In this document: in pieces, positions 8,123 through 15,294 of the stretch | Numbering within the stretch: position 1 is the first letter of the stretch | Layout: each line of letters opens with the position of its first letter | Assembly (NCBI RefSeq): GCF_018336915.1 | Contig: NZ_CP064924.1 | Location: 270,001-302,000 of the forward strand | Source of the DNA: Acaryochloris marina S15 | GTDB lineage: Bacteria; Cyanobacteriota; Cyanobacteriia; Thermosynechococcales; Thermosynechococcaceae | DNA: 32,000 bases | Direction: 5' to 3' | Made by a program: the position numbers and the translations under genes | Notes under the pieces: model-generated | The model's input: the letters and a program-made list of their open reading frames with translations, nothing else | Told to the model about the DNA's origin: nothing | Databases searched by the model: none

Positions 8123-8617
8123 ATGAGGAACATGATGAATAAACAAAGCATTTTTATTGCCGCTGCTCTGTCATTTATCGCTACAGCAGTAACGGCACAA
8201 GAACTAAAATTTGATGGTATCGCCGACGTTAACCATACACGTAATGACAGTATTATTCTTGAGAAGGTTGACGGCGGTAGCCATAACGTAACTGTCCAGT
8301 CGAGAAATGGAGATGTGAATCTTTTCAAGGTAGATGGCGGAAGCTCTAATATTCGCATTATCGCCGAGGGGGATGTTCGCTTTTCACAAAAAATAGATGG
8401 TGGCAGCCGAGTCCATGTCGAAGCTAGAACGGGAGACATCTTCTTTGGTCAAAAAATAGATGGTGGTTCCGAAGTCGTTCTAATGGCCCCAAATGGCACA
8501 ATTACTCTAGCCCAGAAGATAGATGGTGGCTCAACCGTCCGCTGGTGTGCACAAAGTTTAGATGCAGGAAGTCAAGGTATTCGCGGAAGCTCGACTGTAA
8601 CTAGAGTTTGTCCTTAA
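8123..8617 (+). CDS. Secreted repeat protein with (K/Q)(I/V)DGGS repeats of about 21 aa; beta-solenoid-like
   Basis: Signal-peptide-like N-terminus (KQSIFIAAALSFIATAVTA/QE). There are at least 5 units of the form KVDGGSSNIRIIAEGDVRFSQ / KIDGGSRVHVEARTGDIFFGQ / KIDGGSEVVLMAPNGTITLAQ. AAGGA lies upstream of the ATG. Confidence 0.7.
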   Translation: MRNMMNKQSIFIAAALSFIATAVTAQELKFDGIADVNHTRNDSIILEKVDGGSHNVTVQSRNGDVNLFKVDGGSSNIRIIAEGDVRFSQKIDGGSRVHVEARTGDIFFGQKIDGGSEVVLMAPNGTITLAQKIDGGSTVRWCAQSLDAGSQGIRGSSTVTRVCP

Positions 8618-8817
8618 GAGACACAGTGAATAATTGAATGAGTAGTAAATAATTCAGGTAAAATTAGACCTCTTGCAATATTCATTTCATGATGTGCTAC
8701 TAACTTTATAAATGCCGTGAACTGATTTGGATAACAAATCGTTAGTTTAGTTATGCAAGAGGTCTAATAAAGGGATTCAAACCCCATTTTTGTTGTGAAC
8801 ACAAGTTGCTGGGATAA

Positions 8818-9156
8818 ATGATCCACCCCGCTTGCCAACGTTGCGATCTCTTCAGTGGATACCTCGCTGAAGGTTTCCTTGTCTGTGCCATCCATCCGAG
8901 TGGTCCCGATCAAAACCCTTGCCCCGATTTTGCGAAAGTGATCGAGGACTGGCAAACATTAGGGGCAATCTCTGAAAACGGTGAGCTGCTCAGGGACTGG
9001 GCAGGATATCTGACTTCGGTGGAGCGATCAGAGGTGCTGAAGAATCATCCGTACTTCACCGGAGTCTGCCCGAAGTGCGGTGCAAGTTTTGGGGATAGCA
9101 GGCCAGTCCATTACGATTGTGAAAGATGTGGTTGGATGGATGATTCGATCAATTGA
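8818..9156 (+). CDS. Cys-rich hypothetical protein with putative zinc-ribbon motifs
   Basis: 112-aa ORF with CQRC...C...C in the N-terminal part and CPKC...CERC at the C-terminus. The antisense ORF 8764-8955 lacks such features. Confidence 0.55.
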   Translation: MIHPACQRCDLFSGYLAEGFLVCAIHPSGPDQNPCPDFAKVIEDWQTLGAISENGELLRDWAGYLTSVERSEVLKNHPYFTGVCPKCGASFGDSRPVHYDCERCGWMDDSIN

Positions 9157-9217
9157 GGAAAACTAAGACTGGAAGCTGACTTAGCTTTTTTACTTATGCC
9201 TGATTTGACTACAGCTA

Positions 9218-9511
9218 ATGAACTGGATAATTCTGATAATTTGCGTGATTGCACTAATTCTTTACTGGAGTAAATGGATGCAGGGCCGAGGCAATCTTGG
9301 TAAGGTTATCGATTATAGCCAAGGGAAGAAAGGCACACGCAGGGAGCAATGGCAGAATTACTCTTCAAGCGAAGCAAAGCTGATTCAGAGGCTTGGATCT
9401 GAATCTACAGAGCGTCTGATCGTCAGCGTACTTCTGGATAATCCAACCAAATCGAGAGCCTGGTGTTCAGATAAAGCCTTAAGGGATCTAGAACGAGATC
9501 AAGGTTTGTAA
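9218..9511 (+). CDS. Small hypothetical protein with an N-terminal TM helix
   Basis: 97-aa ORF starting MNWIILIICVIALILYW. It ends 4 nt before the nuclease gene, so co-transcription is likely. Confidence 0.45.
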   Translation: MNWIILIICVIALILYWSKWMQGRGNLGKVIDYSQGKKGTRREQWQNYSSSEAKLIQRLGSESTERLIVSVLLDNPTKSRAWCSDKALRDLERDQGL

Positions 9512-9515
9512 GACA

Positions 9516-10043
9516 ATGCCAAATCTAAGACAGCTACTCTCTATCCTCCTTCCCCCTCTCCTTCTAGGATGCAGCCCACCCCCCAGCACCACGACCAACG
9601 ACATTAATCCGGTAAAGACAATCTCCTACACGGTTGTCAGCACTGGCGATGGCGATACCCTCAAAGTGCAATCTCAAGACGGTACATCGAGCAAAGTCCG
9701 TGTTGGATGTATTGATGCGCCTGAGTCCTCGCAGGAGTATGGACCGGAGGCAGGCCAAAGACTCAAGGTATTGCTACCCAGTGGAGCAACAATCGAGCTT
9801 CGGGAAATTGATATTGATCAATATGGTCGAACAGTGGCGGAGATCTATTCTGAGGGGAAATCGGTTGGGCTTCAGCTTGTCCGTGAAGGATATTCCGTGG
9901 TGTATCACCGTTACTTGGATGGGTGTTCTGATACAGCAGATCAGTATGTTGCTGCTGAGGAAGAGGCCAGATCTCAGAGATTGAATTTTTGGAGCCAGAG
10001 TGATCCGGTGATGCCGTGGGACTATCGGAGAGGGAAGCGGTAA
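9516..10043 (+). CDS. Staphylococcal-nuclease-like (thermonuclease/SNase) lipoprotein
   Basis: Lipobox LLLGC after a signal segment. The SNase-fold signature is present: GDGDTLKV...VRVGCIDAPES...GPEA...DQYGRTVAEI...G.SVGLQLVREGYSVVY. Confidence 0.85.
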   Translation: MPNLRQLLSILLPPLLLGCSPPPSTTTNDINPVKTISYTVVSTGDGDTLKVQSQDGTSSKVRVGCIDAPESSQEYGPEAGQRLKVLLPSGATIELREIDIDQYGRTVAEIYSEGKSVGLQLVREGYSVVYHRYLDGCSDTADQYVAAEEEARSQRLNFWSQSDPVMPWDYRRGKR

Positions 10044-10410
10044 TAGTGCTTTTAAGATAGTACTAAAGACCTATTACTTTAAAGCACTATTACTTTAAAG
10101 CACTATTACACTAAAGTCCTATTGCACTAAAAAACAATTAAGCTGAAGTAATATAATTTAATAGTGAAATTGTGCGAATATTTATTATTTCAAAAGTTCT
10201 ATTGCACTAAACTACTTTTGCACTAAACTACTATTTAGCTAAAGAGACTTATGCTAAAAGCCCCTAACTGTATAGATTCAAAGATTTTTGAAGGAGGTGT
10301 AGCAGAAGGGAACAAGCTTTATCTCCAATAATTTCAGAGAATTTTATAGATGATTACAGTGGAATAGAGCAACCTTCTTATTGCACTATTTTACTTTTGC
10401 ACTATACTGC
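10041..10410. repeat. Iteron-like repeats; candidate centromere (parS/parC), operator and/or origin region upstream of parA
   Basis: Four tandem 16-bp units lie at 10071-10134 (CTATTACTTTAAAGCA x2, CTATTACACTAAAGTC, CTATTGCACTAAAAAA). An inverted half site TAATAGTGC is at 10041-10049. Further copies lie at about 10199-10260 (CTATTGCACTAAA, CTACTTTTGCACTAAA, CTACTATTTAGCTAAAG) and about 10376-10410. An AT-rich spacer sits between the clusters. Related copies follow the partner gene at 11770-11803. Confidence 0.7.
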
Positions 10411-10478
10411 ATTAGTTCAGTAATGCTATTGATCTAGACATCTATCAGGCAAAAGTACCTTTCATCAAAAGCAGAATA

Positions 10479-11339
10479 ATGCCCAAACAAGCACCGACTC
10501 TTGTTCCTCTAGCGCTAGCAGGAGGACAAGGTAAAACCACAATTGCATTAATGACTGGGAGGATATTAGCGAGTTATGGCATCCCTGTACTATTTGTGGA
10601 TGCAGATCCACAAGCAAGTCTTACAGCTTTTCTTGGTGTAGACCCAGAAGATCGCCCAACTCTCTTGGAAGTTCTAACGCGATCTCCCGACAAACTACCT
10701 TTGTTCAAAGCCATACATGCTGTTCCAGAAAGTGAAAATATTTTTCTTATTCCATCTACTGATGAACTAGAGAATGCAAACCACTCATTAGCAGCATCAC
10801 CATCAAGTATCAATGTACTAAGAAATCGAATTCAACAAGTTGGCGAACAGGTAAAGAAAGAAGAAAAAATCACATCCAATTTTGGGATTATCATCATTGA
10901 CCCACCCCCAGAACGCTCACACCTTGCTCTCACTTCTCTGGGTAGTGGCGACTGCTGGGTTATTTGTGCCGAAGCTAATATTAAAGGTGTTCAATCACTC
11001 AAAAGAACAAAAGGATTAATTGAAACTTGTCAGTCAATGGTTCCTGCAGGTGAATTAATTGGGACAATACCTTTTCGAGCGAAATGGACTGGTTTGAACC
11101 CAACTAAAGTCACGAGAACCAACATTGAAGTCATGGAAGTCCTCGTTGGGAAAGATTTAATGCTTCCCCATGTATTAGAAAGTGATATTTACAAACGTGC
11201 AATAGACGAGCAAACTTTACCAGGAACACTGGGATATGAGCATTTAGAATTTCCGCTAAGGAGTCTTATCGAAAGAATGAGACCCTCACTCGGAAAATAC
11301 GCGAAGTCAATTCCAGTCTTGAATACGGAGGAAAATTAA
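10479..11339 (+). CDS. parA: ParA-family partition ATPase (small, type Ib-like)
   Basis: 286-aa ORF with a deviant Walker A context (LALAGGQGKTTIALMTG), then VLFVDADPQASLT and a Walker B-like IIIIDPPP. Confidence 0.85.
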   Translation: MPKQAPTLVPLALAGGQGKTTIALMTGRILASYGIPVLFVDADPQASLTAFLGVDPEDRPTLLEVLTRSPDKLPLFKAIHAVPESENIFLIPSTDELENANHSLAASPSSINVLRNRIQQVGEQVKKEEKITSNFGIIIIDPPPERSHLALTSLGSGDCWVICAEANIKGVQSLKRTKGLIETCQSMVPAGELIGTIPFRAKWTGLNPTKVTRTNIEVMEVLVGKDLMLPHVLESDIYKRAIDEQTLPGTLGYEHLEFPLRSLIERMRPSLGKYAKSIPVLNTEEN

Positions 11340-11767
11340 TGAGTCTCTTAGATAAGATTCGCCAGGAAACAGAAGTTCCTTCAGTCAAGGTTGAAACACG
11401 ACAGGATGCATTAATCGAGAATCTTGCAGAGGAAAACAACTCGACTCCACCACCATCGATCGATACCCATAAAGATATAGAAGCAAACTTATCAACAGAG
11501 CTTGCTTCATTTCCACCAATCGCTGACAAAAAGGTTGGTGTCAGATTAGAAGAGGATGTCCTTGCAGAATTGGAAGTTATTTGTAAGAAACACAAAATAA
11601 CGATAGAAACATTTCTTGAGGCCGCACTTAATGTCTGTCAACAAGATTCATCGGCAATGAATGCAGCCATAGGTGATGCTCAAACAAGACTCGCTAGGAG
11701 AAAAAGAGCAGGTACGATACGCTCAATTTTGACAAAATCTCAAAACTTATTTAAAAAAGAGCAATAG
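11339..11767 (+). CDS. Putative centromere-binding partition partner; ribbon-helix-helix-like (ParG/ParB functional analog)
   Basis: 142-aa ORF whose start overlaps the parA stop (TAATG). The central segment KKVGVRLEEDVLAELEVICKKHKITIETFLEAAL has the strand-helix-helix pattern of RHH DNA binders. Position and size fit a type Ib partner. The assignment is an inference. Confidence 0.5.
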   Translation: MSLLDKIRQETEVPSVKVETRQDALIENLAEENNSTPPPSIDTHKDIEANLSTELASFPPIADKKVGVRLEEDVLAELEVICKKHKITIETFLEAALNVCQQDSSAMNAAIGDAQTRLARRKRAGTIRSILTKSQNLFKKEQ

Positions 11768-11910
11768 CACTATTGCGCTAAAGTACAAAAGTGTAATAGT
11801 TTTGCTTACAAAGTTTTTAGTGATGACTGAAGTGTATTTAGTAGCTATGACTATATACGCCCAATATCTAGCAATCCTCTAGATCATCAGCAGAGCTTAT
11901 CATTCGGCCC

Positions 11911-12097
11911 AATTGAAGGGTTGCTGACACCAGCTGCAATCAAGCACTTTTTGGGTCCTGAAACAACGCAAATACGTTAGATCAGAATCTAAATTATTAC
12001 AGAGAGCTAAAGAGTATTGAGAGATATTAAGCTCTAGAAAGCTTACCCTATATAACTTCTAGGCTTTTTTGCAGATGGTGTCAGCGACCCTTTAATT
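11911..12097. mobile_element. MITE-like 187-bp unit bounded by 28-bp inverted repeats; possibly a decayed IS end
   Basis: AATTGAAGGGTTGCTGACACCAGCTGCA (11911-11938) pairs with the reverse complement of 12070-12097 (AATTAAAGGGTCGCTGACACCATCTGCA), 25/28 identical. There is no ORF inside. It abuts the transposase remnant. Confidence 0.4.
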
Positions 12098-12127
12098 ATC
12101 CCAACCCTAAACGCCTTACTGGATAAG

Positions 12128-12473
12128 CTTCTGTTTAAAATGAGAATTGCTGGCGCTGAAGGGTTCGTTTGACACTTTGATATTAGCCTGGATATTGCTC
12201 TTGGAGGTAGTCATACAGAGTAAGAGGCTCAAGCCTGGGTTCTCTTTGGAGCATTGGCTCCAGTTCAATGTCCCACACATCAGAAAGAGGATCTTTGTGG
12301 GTACGCCAGGTTCTTTGTGCCTTAGTGGTTGAGCGGTGCTGGCCTTTCTCTATTCGTCGGCCACTGCGTTCTGAAATGCCAGCAATGGTGGAGACTTGAG
12401 CTTGGGTACAGGATTGGTCTCTAGCTCGGTTATAAACTTCCACTTTGTAGGTTTCAATAAGTTGACCACGCAC
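12128..12473 (-). pseudogene. N-terminal remnant of a DDE-type transposase (HTH region); premature stop and truncation
   Basis: The 96-aa ORF has an HTH-like QAQVSTIAGISERSGRRIE followed by RTWRTHKDPLSDVWDIELEPMLQREPRLEPLTLYDYLQEQYPG. Past the TAA stop the same frame continues YQSVKRTLQRQQFSF, which resembles the conserved RTLQRR segment of such transposases. No catalytic domain follows. Family not assigned. Confidence 0.5.
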
Positions 12474-12731
12474 TAGATCTACTCCCTTTCTAATTTGGGA
12501 CTTGATCTAGTGTGTTTGTTATTGTTCGGTCAATACAGGGATAATTGACGCCAACTTAATTAGTGATCATGTTTTAAATGGCGATCTCATAACCGGTTAA
12601 GCAATTGACTTCGAGCTTGGTCTAATTGTTGCCTGACAATCTCTAGAATTACTGCTGTAAAACGTTTTCAAGCTAAAATAGAAACCACTAAGATCTCAAA
12701 TGGGCTCTATAGGAATAATCGATCTTTTATT

Positions 12732-13832
12732 TTGGATACCTCACAAAAAACTAGTCTAAACCCAACAAGATTACCCTTGCTGGTCTGTGGTAGCTTGCTC
12801 GTCGTCGCTCTACTGATAGGAGTTTGGAAATTACCCCAGCGTCAAGCATCCATGCTCAAACAGCGAATCGAGAGGGAAGAGAATACTGCGATTTCCCGCG
12901 AGAAACTATTTCAGCTTGAAAATACGACTCGTGAGAATTACTTGAAAATCATTCAATCATTTGGTGGACTTGGCTTTCTTTTGACAGGCTACTTTGCTTG
13001 GAGGAACTTGCAAATGGCTGAGAAAAATCGTGAACTTGCAGAGGGTAAGCAGGTAACAGAGCGCTTTAGCAAAGCTGTTGAACTTCTCTCCGATTCTAAG
13101 AAGCTTGAGGCCCGTATAGGTGGAATTTATATACTAGGCCGTATTGCTAATGATCATCCTAAAGATCAAATAACTGTGATGGAGGTACTAACAACCTTTA
13201 TTCGAGAAAAATCGTTAGGAAGTGACCTTGAATGCCAATGTGATGAAGAGTATAGTAACGCTGACATCCAATCTGCCCTTAATGTTATCGGCCGTCGTAA
13301 CGTTGAAAATGATGGAGTTAGAGGATTGTTTCTTTATGGTTCAAATCTAAGTGGTGTAGATCTTTGCGATACTAATTTCAGTAATACTGTCTTCAGTATG
13401 TGTGATCTCAGTAATGCCTATCTCCGTAAAACTAAGCTAATTAATACAAATTTTTCTGGTACTAAAATTAAAAAGACAAAGCTATGTGGAGCTTTTTTTA
13501 GTGGTGCTAACCTTAGCGGTGCTAACCTTAGCAGTACTGATCTAAGTGAATCTGATCTTACTGATGCTGACCTAAGTGAATCCGATCTAAGTGAATCTGA
13601 TCTTACTGATGCTGACCTAAGTGAATCCAATCTCACTGATGCTATTTTGAGTAGTGCCAACCTGAAGAGAGCTAACCTAAAAAGAGCAGATCTTCGTGAG
13701 ACTAAAGAAATAACTCCTAATCAGATCAAACAAGCAAGTAATTGGGAGCAAGCTCACTACAGCGACGATTTCAAAATTCAACTAGGACTATCAACCACCT
13801 CTGAAGAGTCAGCAGAAAAGCCCGAAGAATAG
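12732..13832 (+). CDS. Membrane-anchored pentapeptide-repeat protein; intact paralog of the interrupted gene
   Basis: 366-aa ORF with a TTG start. It has TM segments, then VTERFSKAVELLSDSKKLEARIGGIYILGRIANDHPKDQITVMEVLTTFIRE. Pentapeptide repeats follow (ANLSG, TDLSE, SDLTD, ADLSE and others), then the tail KEITPNQIKQASNWEQAHYSDDFKIQLGL. Confidence 0.85.
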   Translation: MDTSQKTSLNPTRLPLLVCGSLLVVALLIGVWKLPQRQASMLKQRIEREENTAISREKLFQLENTTRENYLKIIQSFGGLGFLLTGYFAWRNLQMAEKNRELAEGKQVTERFSKAVELLSDSKKLEARIGGIYILGRIANDHPKDQITVMEVLTTFIREKSLGSDLECQCDEEYSNADIQSALNVIGRRNVENDGVRGLFLYGSNLSGVDLCDTNFSNTVFSMCDLSNAYLRKTKLINTNFSGTKIKKTKLCGAFFSGANLSGANLSSTDLSESDLTDADLSESDLSESDLTDADLSESNLTDAILSSANLKRANLKRADLRETKEITPNQIKQASNWEQAHYSDDFKIQLGLSTTSEESAEKPEE

Positions 13833-14470
13833 TCCAACAAAATCGATCGACCATAAAAATCCCCTTTCTGCTCAATCTTAAATCCACCCAATAGCAGCCC
13901 AAGCCAAACCGCTACCAAAGGTAATCGAACTCCCCTCACCAGCTCCACAAACGACACCGCCCCCTTAGCCCCTTCCAAATACTCTCGGATCGCGCCCACC
14001 CATGCCCCCACATCTTCTACATGACTGACTTTCAGGGCAACTGCTTCCCCAGACTCCAGCTCATCGACAAACTCTAGAACCGCATCCTTACTAACTTCCC
14101 CCACAACAGACTCAACAGGAACCCCAGTGAACCCCTGGCGACTCTTCCGTGACTTCGGCTGACGACATAGATCCGAGACATCCAGAAACATCGTCTGCTG
14201 AATCATCCCAGCTAAGAAATCTTCATCCAACACTGGACCTTCTGAGTTGTATCTGTCTTCCCAACCCTGGATCATTAGCTCTGCCCGCTGCAAACAAACC
14301 TCAGCCATATCCTTGATCGCATCTCCAGCTACCCGGAGCTGTTCGTGGGGAGAACGGCCCTGTAGATGCTGCTCCAGTGAGGCACACATCAGGGAAATAT
14401 CAGCTTGCTCTGGTTCGTCTAAAGCAGAGGCCAAAGCACTGGCAAAATCAAGCTCAAGCTGAGTGAACAT
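13778..14470 (-). CDS. Hypothetical acidic protein
   Basis: 230-aa ORF, GC-rich, with its start overlapping the stop of the upstream ORF by 17 nt. Its 3' end overlaps the convergent pentapeptide gene by 55 nt. No family recognised. Confidence 0.55.
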   Translation of the reverse strand: MFTQLELDFASALASALDEPEQADISLMCASLEQHLQGRSPHEQLRVAGDAIKDMAEVCLQRAELMIQGWEDRYNSEGPVLDEDFLAGMIQQTMFLDVSDLCRQPKSRKSRQGFTGVPVESVVGEVSKDAVLEFVDELESGEAVALKVSHVEDVGAWVGAIREYLEGAKGAVSFVELVRGVRLPLVAVWLGLLLGGFKIEQKGDFYGRSILLDYSSGFSADSSEVVDSPS

Positions 14471-14981
14471 GGCGCTTATCCTTCAGTGGACATTCCGCAA
14501 TTTCACACTCGGTCGGTTCCATGCGGATCGGGGGTTCAAATTCTGTGATGCCATACCGATTGCCCAGCACCTTCAGCACCTCCTTCAAATACCGATTCAC
14601 TTGGGTATTCGTCATCCCCATACAGTGGACGGCTTCAATTTCCGCTAGCTTCTCACTCCCCTGCCAGACAGCGATAGCCAGAGCATGGAGGTGAGCATCC
14701 TTGGGCTTTTCCTTGTAAAGATAGAGCAAAGCCACGGGTGGGGCCAGGACGGGAATCGAGAAGGTTTCAGTGGTTTTTGCTGGCGCTGTTTTTGCTTTCT
14801 GGTCAGCGTATTCTCCTCGGCGCTTGGCATTGCTTTCTTTGCGGTGGCGATAGTGATTTCGTTTGCGATCGCAGGCATTATCCTTCCAGCACCCATCCCC
14901 TTGCGGCCCATGAACCCGCTTTGCTTCCATCCGGGAATAGTCGATGCATTGGAGGCAGATGGGGTTTGGAGGTAGTGGCAT
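14454..14981 (-). CDS. Hypothetical protein with a Cys-containing basic N-terminal region and a possible C-terminal HTH
   Basis: 175-aa ORF with CLQC...C...C followed by a Lys/Arg-rich stretch. The C-terminal part MTNTQVNRYLKEVLKVLGNRYGI is helix-turn-helix-like. The alternative-frame ORFs 14645-15022, 14685-14975 and 14738-15010 look like compositional shadows. Confidence 0.55.
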   Translation of the reverse strand: MPLPPNPICLQCIDYSRMEAKRVHGPQGDGCWKDNACDRKRNHYRHRKESNAKRRGEYADQKAKTAPAKTTETFSIPVLAPPVALLYLYKEKPKDAHLHALAIAVWQGSEKLAEIEAVHCMGMTNTQVNRYLKEVLKVLGNRYGITEFEPPIRMEPTECEIAECPLKDKRHVHSA

Positions 14982-15294
14982 GGTTCGTTCTTTTGGATCA
15001 ATACCCTTGAATAGATCATCAAAATCGAGGGGCTGACAGGACTAAATCAAACTAGTAAGCCATTAAAAAGCACTTAAAGAGGCAATAATTTCCATCCCCA
15101 CCAACGCCCTAGATTACAGAAATATCCTTAATAAATGCGTAAAGCATATCAAAAGTGCCGATAATTCTAGATGGGATTAAATTAAATTTCAAAATAGCGC
15201 TCCGTCATCATTAGCAATCTATCGCAGACCGTCAGTTCTATACGCTCAACCCAATAGAAAAAAGACAACAAAATATCCCTTAGATTAACGCTGA

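Noticed and set aside
9564-9984. ORFs 9564-9758 (-) and 9634-9984 (+) inside the nuclease gene, and 8764-8955 (-) opposite the Cys-rich ORF.
   Set aside because: The overlapping frames with SNase motifs or paired CxxC motifs are clearly the coding ones.
14645-15022. ORFs 14645-15022 (-), 14685-14975 (+), 14738-15010 (+), 14247-14462 (+) and 14463-14648 (+).
   Set aside because: They overlap the two tandem, coupled minus-strand ORFs. Their sequences are compositionally biased and lack features. The choice of the 14454-14981 frame is itself only moderately supported.
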